64,000 nucleotides of DNA from Lama guanicoe (lineage: Eukaryota). The stretch is from contig MU054338.1 in NCBI GenBank assembly GCA_013239625.1, forward strand, positions 1,738,001-1,802,000, read 5' to 3'. Below are positions 49,331-61,823 of the stretch, in pieces (position 1 is the first letter of the stretch; the number at the start of each line of letters is the position of its first letter). A program made the translations under genes and the position numbers. The notes under the pieces are model-generated. The model did no database searches and had not been told where the DNA came from. It saw only the letters and a list, made by a program, of their open reading frames with translations.

Positions 49331-51837
49331 GAGGACGGGTCGTGCCGTGGTCTGGTGGACTCTCAGGGAGTTCTAGATGCAGTTCCAGAGCCGGAGACGG
49401 ACGTTCGACAAGCAAAAAGCAGGCGAGGGCTTTAGAGTGGTTGGTGCTTCTTTAGGGAGAGCGGTCCTGGAGGGCTTCTCGGAGGAGGAGGTGGCATTTA
49501 GAAGCAACTGTCCTGCCAAGACCTGCGGGAGGAGCGTCCCAGGTGGTGGGAACCGCGAAGGCAAAGGCAGGGAGGCCAGCACACGGGTAGCGCGTTTGGA
49601 GAGCAAGTCGTTGTGGCTAGAACGTAGCTGGGGGTCCCGTTTATGTTAACGGCAAAGGGGCGTAATGGAACGGTTTTCACTTAGAGGGAGAATGTGAGCC
49701 GCATACTCTATTTTAGAAAACCGCTCAGGTTGCTGAGTGGTGGCTCCCGGAACTTTCTCTTGCCCTCCTAACCCCCCCACCCCAGTTCTTTCTGCAGCCC
49801 TTTGAGATGATGATGATAATTGTATTAATGATAAAATCATACTTAGGGTTATTCAAGCCTCAGGAAGGAATGTCATTTGTCTTGTTTGCTGCAGAATTGT
49901 TAGCTCAGAGCCCTGGCACATAGGTGGTAATCAGCAAATATTTATGAAGTGAATGGATCTGCTCAAAGTTTACAAATCCTAGCTCTTCCAGGAGGTTTTC
50001 CTGACAATTCCAGCTTGTGCGGATCTCCCACTTTTCCTGAGCTCCTGGAGCCCTTCTTTACCACCAAATTTAATGCAGACCCACAGTCCCTCTTCTGCAA
50101 TTCTGAAATCCAAAATACTGTGCAAACAAAGATTTTCCCTAAGTTCACAGCAGTCATTTGGCTGGAAAAAGCTAACCTCTACTGACTTAAGAGCCTTTTT
50201 TTCTTTCCGCCTAATGTGTGTCCTTGGTCCTCAGCTGGGGTGATTGTGTCCCCCCCCCCAGAGGACACTTGGCCATGTCCAGGGACATCTGTGGTCATCA
50301 TGACTGGGAGGCTCCTGGCATTGAGTGGGTTGGGGCAGGGAGGCTGCTCCACACCCTGCAGTGCCCGGGATGGTTCCCCACAGAGAATGACCTAGCCACA
50401 AATGTTAACGCTGTTAAAAAAAAACAAACAGAAACTAAACCTACCCAAGAGACACCAAACGCAGGCTGGAGCCAGCAGCACGCTGCAAAGACCCCCAGTA
50501 GGCGGGGGTCTCAAAAGGGGGCGTCCGGCATCACCGTGGCCCCCGCTCCATTCCTGCCTGCCAGAAGAGGGAAATGGGGCACAGGTGGGTGTTTCCTGGA
50601 ACAGCGCCTTCTACTCACTGTGCACCACACACCCCGCTGGGGAGAGTGCACAGTCCCCCCATTCACTCAAGTAATTTGGGACAGGTGTGGCCATCACAGA
50701 CCTGCAGGTGCTCCTAGGGTGTCATTGCGTGGCCTCTCAGAAAGTGATGTGAAAAGAAAGACTGGCACGGGAAACTTGTTGAAGAAAGCCAGTGTGGCGG
50801 GGCACAGAGAAGTTGGCAAAACCAGCTGGCCAAACCTGCCATGCTGGACCCAGTAGAGTCTGGGCATTGGAGAGCAGGGGTCAGTCTGTATAGGACCACA
50901 TGGGTTAGACTTGACTGCACACTTCAGTCAAAGCAGAAGCAGTTTTAGCTCTGGGGCTGGACAAGAACAGGCAAGCCGTTGTTTGCCAACTCCTGGTGTA
51001 GGCTCCGATAAAGCGGATGGACTTCAACCCTGAGTGCATGGTGAAGCCCTGGGAAGGGAACAGGACCTGACCCCTGGGTGTGCAGATTCACAAAGGTGGG
51101 GCGAACACAGTCCACTGGTGCACAGTGTGGGGGCTAAAGTAGGCCGCCTGGCTTTGAACCACACCTCTGCCGCTTGCTGGCTGTGGATCATGGCGAGAGC
51201 CCCAAACTCTACAGACCTCAGAATTCCCATCTGTGAGGCGGGGCAACATAGGATTCATATATAGAACTGTCAGAGGAGTCAGTGAGGTCACAACATCCCT
51301 GAATACTGCAGGAGGGTTTTCAAGTGATGGCTGTCGTTTGAGACCATGATTTATTATCCAAACACTGGGGGCTAGGGATGTTTCACTAGTCAGGACGTCC
51401 TCCTCTTTCAGAAACGTGATATAGTACGAATGCCACGTCCAGGGAGGTGGTGGGTAACACCCTGTAATCAAAGGACTCTTTCAGTGAAATGCAGGAATAC
51501 AGTGGATGTCCACCTCTGCACTGCTGACGTTTGGGGCTGGGTCTCTCCTGGGGGGCTCTCCCGACACTGGGGTGTTGAGAGGCATGCCTGACCCCACTGA
51601 TGGAGCAGTGTCCTTCCCTAGTCATGGCAACCACAGACATCCCCGCGTGTCCCTGGGGACAGGATCACCTTGTGCTCTAGAGGACCAGGTGCCCTGTGTG
51701 TCCCCGCAAAGCCCCTGGGCCTTGCTCATCTGCTTGGGGAAATGGTGGTCCCCTCCTCCCCTGCTTCCCATTACTCTGATTCTGATTCTGGGCCTGAAGC
51801 AGACACACTGGGTGTGGGGTTCTGTCTTCGTGTCCAG

Positions 51838-52050
51838 CCTGCGCAGGAGATGCCCTGGACGTGGCGGCACCGTGCTCGGCGGTAAACTATCTCCGGTGGG
51901 ACCTGAGTGCCCAGCAAATCAGGGAGCTCACCGCCGAGCTCATCGAGCAGACCAAGCGCGTGTATGACCGCGTGGGCTCCCAGGAGCTCCAGGATGTGTC
52001 CTACGAGAACACTCTCAAGGCGCTGGCCGATGTGGAGGTGTCCTACACAG
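51838..52050 (+). CDS. THOP1: THOP1 exon 2 ([28 protein letters not shown]...VEVSYT)
   Basis: TCCAG|...|GTAAGC, 213 nt. Confidence 0.95.
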
Positions 52051-54288
52051 GTAAGCCAGGGCGGGGTCCAGGCAGGGAGGCGGCAGCTCAGGCCTGGACC
52101 CTGTCCAGGGTGACGCCGCCTCCTCTCTGGGGGGCCGATGGAGAAATGCGCTGACTGGGCAAAGGCACCTAGTGGGTACTGGTCAGCGGGAGGCAGCCTG
52201 GAGGGTGGCCAGTGCCCCTATGCCCTCTTCCATGCCCCCCAGACACGGCCTGCACACTGTCCCCGGGTCCAGGTCATCTGAGGGCCCAGAGCGGGCAGCA
52301 TCGGACAGTGTTTGAAGCCCTCCTGTCCCTGAGCCAGCACAGGTGCCAGCCTTGAAACTGGAGCCCTTCTCACCCTTCCCACTGCCCTGTGCTCCGGTAA
52401 CCTGATGCTGCCACCCCGTGGCTCCTTCCTCCTCTCCTCTGTGGGGTCAGGTGGACAGAGCCTGGCTCCCGGAGCCCCTTTGGAGGCTGACAAGGCAGAA
52501 AACTCCAAGCTGTGGAAACCCCCGCCCCCAAAGCTCTAGGAAAGTTGTTTTTCTGGGAACCATCTAGAACCCCTCAGTTCCAGCTGTAGGATCCTCACGT
52601 GTCCCTGATTCCTCACCCTGCCAGGTCTGCCAGCCCCTGGCCTGTGGCTCAGACTCCCGTGGGCCCGCTCTTGCAGGGGGCCAGTGTGCTGTGGGCCCGG
52701 AGCTGCGGGCTGCGGCCCAGGCGGCGGGTGGGCCTCGGTCTCTCCTCGTCCCTGGCAGGAGGCCCTGAAGGGTTGATGATGCAATTCCACTTACCCATCG
52801 TGACCCTGCCAGACGTGATTTCATTTCCCCACCCCCACTCCCGAGGCTTCTGATTCCTGTCTCCCCTTAGTAGCCTGGGTAATTTTAAAGAAAACTAGAA
52901 TTGAACCGTGGCACTCCCCTCGGCCTGCCCTTAGTGCCTTCCCACTGCCCTCGAGGTAAACGTGGGGCCCTCAACGTGGCCTTTGGTGCCCGCCTCGTGC
53001 CACCTTGCACCTCCTCCTGGGGCTCCGTGCCGGCCTGGATGTCCTCGGCCCCCTGCTTTGCCAGGTGTCAGGTTCTCTGAGCCCAGATGGACCTCTGCCC
53101 CTGGCGCCCCTCCCGCGCCCCCTCGCCCCAGCCCGCCGCCGGGACTAATCCCCCGCTCTGCTCTTCTGTTGTCACACTCGGTGCAGCCACAGCCTGCAAA
53201 TCCCCGAAGGACAGAGGCTGTTTCTGTCCTTTTCACGGCTCTCTCCAGAGGCCCCCTGTGTTTGGTCTAGTCAGCTGAGCGGGTCACTGCCCCATGGAGG
53301 TCTCCTTGGGGCCGCTCACCCACCAGACCTGCGGACAATCTCATTGGCCTGAAGCCGTGGAAGCCAGCAAACTATGATTTTAATTCAGGTCTCCCCACTG
53401 CAAGGGACATGCTTTTTTAGACTGCTCTGTTGAGACAGAATTTGTATACTGTGTACATTTCTTTAGATTTTTGTTTAGTACATTTAGAACACACAGTACC
53501 ACTGTCTAATTTTAGAACATTTTTGTCACCCCAGAAAGAAGCTCTACCCCCATTATCACCATCCCCCAGCACCAGACAACCAGGAGCCCCCTCTCTGTGT
53601 CTGTGGATGGGTCTGTTCTGGACATCTCACATCCATGGAATCACACTGTGTGTCCTCCTGTGTCTGCTTCTCTCCCTGAGCAGCGTGCACCCAGGGTCCG
53701 TCCCCGTGGGAGCGGGTGTCAGGGCTGCTCTCCTTTCTGTGGCTGAGTGACGCGCCCGTGTGTGGAGGGACAGGTGTGTTCATTCATCTGCTGATGGACG
53801 TCTGGGTTGTGTCCACTGTTTGCTTATTACGGATCATGCTGCTGGGACCGCGTGTGTCCCAGCTTTCTGGTGGACAGTGTTCCGTCTCTCTTGGGTGTCC
53901 CCCTGGGAGTGGCATTGCTGGGTTATGTGGGGGCCCTACTAACCCTGTTCACAGAGTGCGCACCGTGGTGTAAACTCACCGGGATGTGGGGCAGACCCGT
54001 CGGCAGCCGGGGCTCTCTTTCTAGCGCCGAGTCCCGCCAGCCTCTGCTGTGCTGCTCTGTTACCTTCCTTGGCTTGGGGTGTCGTGAGTGAGTCCATTGA
54101 GTCCATTCCCACTCGGACTGTGAGGTCCCTGAGGACGTGGGCGGCTGTGCTCCGGCCCAGGGCTGCCGTGGAGTGCTAGCTGAGGACTCGGTGACGCGGA
54201 TGAGCCCTCTGCCGGGGCTGAGGCCAGCGCTCGCCAGTTACTGTGCGGGGCCCGGCCTCACAGCTGCCCCTTCGTCCCCCCATTTCAG

Positions 54289-54437
54289 TTCAGAGGAATA
54301 TCCTGGACTTTCCCCAGCATGTGTCCCCATCCAAGGACATCCGGGCGGCCAGCACGGAGGCGGACAAGAAGCTTTCGGAGTTCGACGTGGAGATGAGCAT
54401 GAGGCAGGATGTGTACCAGAGGATCGTGTGGCTGCAG
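54289..54437 (+). CDS. THOP1: THOP1 exon 3 ([14 protein letters not shown]...IVWLQ)
   Basis: TTTCAG|...|GTGAGT, 149 nt. Confidence 0.95.
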
Positions 54438-55187
54438 GTGAGTGAGTTTCTGTTCCTCTAAGAGAAAGCGTTAAAAACATGACAAAGCCAAGCGAAGAGA
54501 AAAGAAAAGAGTCTGAGACACCTCGGACTCCAGGAGCCCTTCCACGCCCGCCGTCCTGGCCCTCTCCCGACCTCACTGGCGCCACCCGGAGGGCGCGTCC
54601 CACCTGCCCCGTGAGGCGGGGGGATGAGGGGCACGCGTGTGCAGGGCCCGCCCTGTTGGTGCCCTCACATCTGGCTGAGCGCCACCGCTCCCGTGGCGGG
54701 CACTGCGGATGCTTCTCGTGTAGCTGGCGGGGCGCTCCCTCGGGAGCAGGGGGAGCTGCGGGGAGCTTTGTGCAAACTCGGCGCAGGCGGCTCTGGAAGC
54801 GCAGTGGGGTTTCTTTTAACTGAAGTGTTTATTGAGACGGTTGTGAGTTCACCCCCTCCGCCCGGTGTGCCCCGGGGTCCGGTTCTGGGAGTCAAGTCAG
54901 CCTCACGCAGGACCCTGACGGCTCCACCCGCCCCTCGCCCCGCCCTGTGGGAGGCCCTGGGCCACTATCGCTTCTGGGCTGTTCCCAGTAAGGGCACATC
55001 TGTGGCAGGTTCTGTGAGGACGGAGTCTCCGGTTCTCCGGGGTGACCGCCCTGCCAGGCCCCGGGAGAGGGGCTGCTTTGCGTTGTTGGAAGCCGCCCGG
55101 CTTCTGTCCCCGGCGGCCCCCCCACGGCCTGGCGCGCAGCACTGCCTGGTCCTCATCAGAAGCACGCTTGTGGGTTTCTTGTTCTAG

Positions 55188-55295
55188 GAGAAGGTCCAGA
55201 AGGACTTGCTGAAGCCCGAGGCGTTGCGGTACCTGGACCGGCTCGTCAAGCTGGGCAGGAGGAACGGCCTCCACCTGCCAGTGGACACGCAGGAG
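55188..55295 (+). CDS. THOP1: THOP1 exon 4 (EKVQKDLLKPEALRYLDRLVKLGRRNGLHLPVDTQE)
   Basis: TTCTAG| acceptor; GC donor GAG|GCAAGT; 108 nt. Confidence 0.9.
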
Positions 55296-56838
55296 GCAAG
55301 TGCCCACCCGCCTGAAGGCCCAGCCCCCGGCCGGAAGGTCTGCCCTTGGGTCTCTGGGGTCACAAGGGGCTCCCCAGCCAAGGAGAGTGTGAGGGGACGC
55401 AGGCCGTGTCAGCCCCTCTCCGAGTCCCTCCCAGCCTGCACCCCCATCCGGTCCCCACGGGCTCCTGGGCGAAGGTCTTGAGGAAGAACCCCCGCCTCTG
55501 GAGTCTCCTCCATGCAGCACCTGCTCCCGCCCATCCTGACACTGGGCCTGGGGGCTCTCCCACAGCCACTCTGACAGCCGGTGTCCTCCAGCTCAGCTCT
55601 GTCCCCACCCACCCAGGGACAGCGTCGGAGCCCTGGGTTCAGGGCTCAGGTCGTCCTCTGTTCTTCTGGCTGACGGGCTGTCAGAGGCTCCCATGTCCCC
55701 TCCCTGGGTTCCGTGGATTTGCTAGAGCGTCCCCCAGAGCTGGGGAAAGCAGTCCACACACTGGGTCCCCAGGTTGTTACAGAGGAACAGCCAGAAGCGG
55801 GGTGTGTGGGGGAGGGGCGGGAAAGGGCGCTGGGCACCACCCTCCTCACCTGGCATCGCCCTCCTCCCGCCTCCCGTGTTCACCACCCGGAAGATCTCTG
55901 AACCCCGTCCTTTTGGGTTTTTACTGTTGGCAGCTGATTGAACCTCCAGCCCCGAGCCCTGTGCCCTCCCGGGAAGTGGGGAGGGTGGGGCTAAAAGCCC
56001 CTGAGGTTTCAGGTCTTAAGAGCTGTGTGCCAGGAATGGGTGCCTCGACCAAACATAACTTTGTTCTTACAAGTCGGTCTCACATGCGGGGTCTCTGGCT
56101 CCCAGCTGGGCACCAAGGCTGGGAGGGTGCCGAGAGGCTGACAAGTGTGGTGTCTGCCTTCACCACTCTCTTTCTGCTGAGCCAGGCAGCCCCTGCGACT
56201 GCCCGGGGTTCCCGACTGGCTCACACCCCCCACCCCGGGCCTGTCTCCCCCGGTCCTCCCAGCCTCCTGCGAGGCCTTGCTCTGCTTCCTGAAGCAGCAG
56301 TGTGTCCCCCCTTTGGCCGGTGCTCCATTCCCATCTGTGTGGCCCCACACCCTCCAGGGCCGAGCTGTGGCCAGTGGGGCTGCAAGGCTGCAGTGAGACC
56401 GGGCCTGCACCCAGCAGAGGCTGCCCACCACGCCAGTGGTTTGGAGCCGGTGCTGCCCGAGGAGCCTGGCAGAGCCATGGGGCCGCTGCCTCCACCCGCC
56501 TCATCCTGATGGGCAGGTCGGCTCTGGCCACTGTGGGGCTGCGGTCCTGCCGAGGGGCTGGGCAGGGTCCCCAGGGAGTTGCCCCCTCGCCCACCTCAGT
56601 TGGCTTCTGCTTTGAAAAACCAGACTGAGCCCGAGAGAACAAAAGTTCAGCTCCCTTAAAATGGCTGGAGCCCAGGCTCCCGACCCTGGAGGTAGCTCCC
56701 GAGAGGAGAGGGTCGGGCCCAGCAGATGGGACCCCAGCCCCGGGGTCCCCGCAGCCCTCTCATTCCTGCCTCTTCTCCCTGGGGGCCCCTCCTGTCCCCG
56801 TGCATGTCCCAGCTCTCACGGTGGCCTCCTTCCTTCAG

Positions 56839-56941
56839 AAAATCAAGAGCATCAAGAAGAAGCTGAGCCTCCTGTGCATCGACTTCAACAAGAACCTGAA
56901 CGAGGACACGACCGTCCTGCCGTTCTCGCGCGAGGAGCTGG
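56839..56941 (+). CDS. THOP1: THOP1 exon 5 ([34 protein letters not shown])
   Basis: TTCAG|...|GTGCGC, 103 nt. Confidence 0.94.
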
Positions 56942-59417
56942 GTGCGCCAGGCGGCGCGGTGGCGCGAGGGCCGGCCGCGGAGGGCCTTCTTCCCACCCCC
57001 GGGCCCTCACAGCGTCTGGAGCCCAGGGTTCTGGATCCTTCCCTGGGGAGGGGGAGGGCTGTGATCTGTCTGCCGAGATTCTGCGTCCCCCAGACCCCGC
57101 CTGCTCTCCGTGACGCCTGTCCTTTCATCTCTGGGCCCTCCCGCAGCTGGCTGTGCACGGGGCCCAGAGGGGCTGGGCCTGGATGGCTTTCTTAGCTTCT
57201 GCTCTCTTCCCCGAATGCTCTGGAACACGTCACACCTGTGGGAAAGTGGCAGCAATAGTACGAGGGAGACCCCGTGGGCCCCGGACGCTGTGTGTGTGCT
57301 GTTCCTGAGCCCAGCCCTCCTTACGCGTCCCCGCAGGAAGTAGGGCACCAAGCGGGTCCCCTAGCCATCCTGAGGACCGTCGTGACGTTTCTGTCCCACT
57401 GGCTCCTCTCAGGCCTCGAGCACCACGTTCAATTCTGTCTCTCCAGGCTCCTCTCCGGTCGAACAGTTCCTCAGCCTTGACAACCTTCCTTCCATCTTTC
57501 CCACGTTGACAGTTTGGGGAGACCCAGGCCCGGTGGGCAGTGGCCTCTGAACTCTGCCCAGGGGCTCAGCCCTACAAGGGGCTGAGTATCCAAGCCAGTT
57601 CTGTGCGTCGGGGTTTGCCCGCAACAGCATTTGCCTGGGGCGATCGCCGGCCTCTGGGATGCCGCAGCTGAATCTGCTCGCACTCACCGTCCCATGGGGC
57701 TGCTTTTCCGCCCACCCGTCCAGCCCAGGAGCCCCGCGGTCTTGGCCCAGCCTCCTGTGCCGGAGCATGAACCCTCAGCCCCATGGAGCACACGCTGCAA
57801 ACCCCGGCCTCACAGGGCAGGGCAGCGGCCAGATGCATGTGGTCAGCCCAGCAGGGTGGGGCCCGTCTGCAGTTTCAGTTCCAGCTGAGCTGGAGCCCCG
57901 CTGGCTTCCTCCGGCTGGGAAAGGAGATGGGGTGTCATCTTACACAAGCGTGGATGGTCTGTTTCTGTCTTGTTTCCCTCCCAGTCACATACACATGTGT
58001 TCACAGGTGTATAAAACTTCATTTCCTTTTCCTAAGTCTTCATCCCTTGGTTAAGGTGATTTCCACCAGGCGTCCCTACAGCATCACTGGTTCCCCTTCG
58101 TAAGCAGTGATCTTCCCAGAGATGCTTAGACACCGCAGCTCCGCGCATCTTACCCGCTAGTTCTTCATCAGTGGACGATTCTCTGACTCCACGCTCTTTG
58201 TCAGTTTGTGTCCTCTTGTGAGTCAGAAGGGCTCCCGCCCCTCTTGTGTTTACTGCCCGATCTCTGTCCACCCGTGGACTGAGAGGTCTCGCTTACTCAG
58301 GGGGTGGTCCCTCAGTGTCCTCGTTTGCTTTGGTGCGTGACTGTCCAGTTTGGCCTAGAGGGACCCCTTCAAGGGGACGTCCGTGCCCCTGCGGTTCTTT
58401 GAGCACCTTCTGTTTGACAGCGGGTACACCAGGCTTGCTTTGCCCTGGCCTGACCCTGGCAGGGTAGTTAGGGCCAAGGTCTAGTGCAGAGGGCGATCGC
58501 TCTTAGGCCCCCTCAGCAGACGAGGGCCGGGAAACCCTTATCCGTGCGCACACGTCCGTGGTGCATGCCGCAGCCTTCAGCTTCCCCAGCCCCGCGGGGT
58601 GGTGCCCCTTCTTGTTTTTTCTGCCTTCCCCAACGCTGAGAACTGGCTCCCGGATGAGAGAGAGTGAGAGAGTGTCCCAGGGTCTTACGCCCGAGGAGGG
58701 GTGGTGCCGGTTCTGGCGTGAGGGCGGCTCTTCCTGGGCCGTTTCTCCGCGCCGACTGGGCTGGGTCCACGGCTGAGCTTTGCTGATCGAGTCACAGGCA
58801 CCCCTTTGTAGGGGCCTGCCGAGGCGGCCCACCTGAGGGGGACCCTCCAGGATGCCTCCACCCCTCCCTCAGCTCCCGTGCCCAGGGGACTCCTGGTGGC
58901 CTGGCCTCTGGTCTGAGCAGGAGGTACGGTGGCCTTGCGTATGTCTCCTCAGCTGTGAGGCCTGGGCCCCTGGAGGTTTTAGTCTGAGGGCAATGCACCT
59001 GGGTCTCTGCCTTTGGAGGATGGGCCGGTGGCCAGAGACCGGGTGGGAGGCCATCGCGGCAGTGCTGGCTGCAGGAGGGGGCGCGGGCTCCGCTCAGTAG
59101 GAGCTGGTGCTGCTCGCCTACAAAGGACAAGAGGGGAGCTGGCAGCGCCTGGCAGACCACGCTTGTCCCAGGGTAGAGACTGTCCCCACAGTGGAGCTGG
59201 ATGTAGCTTTGCCTCCCCGAGGGCGTCCTGATGGGAACAGCAGCAGATCTCCGCAGTGGGAGAGCCCTCGACATCCCTTTGGGGTGTGGAGGAGGAAGTG
59301 AGCGGCCAGAGTCCCAGAGTGTGTGGGAGGCTGTACCCCGTGAGCTCCCACGCCTCCCCTCCCACCTCGGCTGGACGGCCTGCTGGTCCTCTCAAAGCCC
59401 CGATTTCACTCCTGTAG

Positions 59418-59578
59418 GAGGGCTCCCTGAAGACTTTCTGAACTCACTGGAGAAGACAGAGGATGAGAAGTTGAAGGTAACCCTCAAGTACCCGCACTAT
59501 TTCCCCCTCCTGAAGAAGTGCCACGTGCCCGAGACAAGGAGGAAGGTGGAGGAGGCCTTCAACTGTCGGTGCAAGGAG
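59418..59578 (+). CDS. THOP1: THOP1 exon 6 ([13 protein letters not shown]...FNCRCKE)
   Basis: TGTAG|...|GTGAGG, 161 nt. Confidence 0.95.
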
Positions 59579-60855
59579 GTGAGGGGCGCCTCGGGTCCCG
59601 TCTGCCTGAGTGCCCTGTGGCTCTGCCCGTGAGCGCTGGCGGCTCAGTGACCGGTGGGGCCCTGCCAGCTCGCTCTGCCCTCCCAGGTTTCTGTGCCTGT
59701 TTGCCCAGCCCCAGGGACCCTCTTCCCAGCTTGTCCTCCATCCCACCCCTCTGTGCCTTAGTTTCTCCGGTGGCAAGCTGGGATTTGCCGGCGTGCCCCT
59801 CTCTTCTTGTGCCTCCGGTGTGAGGGCCAGCCTTCTAGCTGTGGCCCTGGGGAGAGCCTCGACGCCCAGCATGTGGCCACTGTCTGCTTCTCCTTTTGAG
59901 CCTCAAACAGACGGGGCAGTGACTGAGCCCCATCATCCTCCCCGAGGACACCAGTGGTGCTCCCACGACCTTGCAGGTGACCTTGCAGGGGAGCACATGG
60001 GAAAGTCCTGTGTCCCTGCCTTCTTGGGGTGTAGACAGGTATGCCTGGCCTGCAGTGACCAGGGGCTCCCAGGAGAGACCTCCATTGCAGAACTGGAGAC
60101 CTGGCCCCAGAGGAGACGGCCACTTTTGGGGCTGGGCCGCCTGTAGAAGCGTCCAGGGAACAGGAGTTCGGGCTCCCTGGGAACGTGCTACTCTCTGTGG
60201 GGCAGCAGAGTTCGTGCTGTTGAGCCTGAGCCCGCAGATCCGCGGGCTGGTCTGCGCGTGGTGGGGGCTGGCATCTCCGCATCCTCCTGGCCCCGGGCTT
60301 GCCCAGGGCAGAGCTCGGGGGTGGAGTTCTGGGGTTGGGGATTTAGTGCCTCTTGCCTGGCTGGACGCTCTCAGCTTCCCGGCTGTAGCTTGGTTTCCCA
60401 CGGATGAACTGGGCGGGCAGGCGTTCTGTTCCACTTTGAATAGGCCTGTTTCTCCGTGTAAACTAGTCAGCCGGGTGTCGTCTGGTGTCTGTCCCACAAG
60501 CTTGGTTGGCTGGGCGAGCCCGGAGCCCCGTGGCTCTGCGTGGTGCTGCTGCAGAACCTGGCGCACTGCCCTCTGCGCTCGGCCTTGGAGCCCGGCACGG
60601 TTCACACCCTTTCTGCTTGCGAAAGGACCTGGGGCTTACAAAGACCACATGTTACACCAGCACCAAGTGCATGGAAATCCAGCCAAGGCGAGGGAGGCGG
60701 GGAACCGGGCACAGCAGACAGCATCCCAGGTTCTGGACCATGTCCCCCAGCGGCCTGAGCCCCACCCTGGCCTGCCCACCGGGACTGGGTGGGAGAGGAG
60801 CCGTACGCGGGGAGGGCGTGGCCCGTGGCCCACCGCGCAGCATCTGTGGTTCCAG

Positions 60856-60991
60856 GAGAACTGTGCGATCCTCAGGGAGCTGGTGGCACTGCGTGCCCAG
60901 AAGTCCAGCCTGCTGGGGTTCAGCACGCACGCCGACTATGTGCTGGAGATGAACATGGCTAAAAGCAGCCAGGCGGTGGCCGCTTTCCTAG
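60856..60991 (+). CDS. THOP1: THOP1 exon 7 (ENCAILRELVALRAQKSSLLGF...AVAAFL)
   Basis: TCCAG|...|GTAACC, 136 nt. Confidence 0.95.
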
Positions 60992-61133
60992 GTAACCCGC
61001 CTCCCTGGGTGCCTGAGAGCCTCACTCTGCCCTCCCGGGGTCCCAGTGTCTGTCCTGATCCTTTATTCGGCTTCGAAGACGCAGGGTGGGGGCCGCCGCA
61101 GGAGGTACCCTGACCTCTCCCCCCTGCCCCCAG

Positions 61134-61500
61134 ACGAGCTGGCCCAGAAGCTGAAGCCCCTCGGGGAGCAGGAGCGGGCCGTGATCCTGGAGCTGAAGAA
61201 GGCCGAGTGCTCCAAGCGGGGCCTGGACTTCGATGGGCGGATCAACGCCTGGGACATGCGCTACTACATGAACCGGGTGGAGGAGACGCGCTACAGCGTG
61301 GACCAGAACCTGCTCAAGGAGTACTTCCCCGTGCAGGTGGTCACCCGCGGGCTGCTGGGCATCTACCAGGAGCTGCTGGGGCTGACCTTCCAGCTGGAGG
61401 AGGGCGCCGCCGTCTGGCACGAGGACGTGACACTCTACACAGTCAGGGACTTGGCCTCGGGCCAGGTCATCGGGAAGTTCTACCTGGACCTCTACCCTCG
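61134..61500 (+). CDS. THOP1: THOP1 exon 8 ([14 protein letters not shown]...FYLDLYPR)
   Basis: M3 peptidase motifs WDMRYY and FYLDLYPR; 367 nt. Confidence 0.96.
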
Positions 61501-61621
61501 GTGCGTGTGGGCCGGGCTGGGGCCGGTGGGCAGCTCTCTGTGGGGCGGTGGGGTGTGTAGGAGCTGGGCAGGGCAGGCCAAAGCAGTTGATCGAGGGGCT
61601 GACCCGCCTCCCCCCGACCAG

Positions 61622-61823
61622 GGAAGGGAAGTATGGGCACGCGGCCTGCTTTGGCCTGCAGCCGGGCTGCCTGCGGCAGGATGGGACCCGGCAGATCGCC
61701 ATCGCGGCCATGGTGGCCAACTTCACCAAGCCCACCCCCGACGCACCCTCCCTGCTGCAGCATGACGAGGTGGAGACCTACTTCCATGAGTTTGGGCATG
61801 TGATGCACCAGCTCTGCTCCCAG
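61622..61823 (+). CDS. THOP1: THOP1 exon 9 with the HEXXH zinc-binding motif (FHEFGH)
   Basis: [10 protein letters not shown]...[26 protein letters not shown] at 61785-61799. Confidence 0.97.

Noticed and set aside
55346..56509. 387-aa ORF in THOP1 intron 4
   Set aside because: Pro/Gly/Ala-rich translation of stop-poor GC-rich intron, no ATG start and no domain
59971..61113. 380-aa ORF
   Set aside because: Intronic open frame running through THOP1 exon 7; only 60856-60991 is supported
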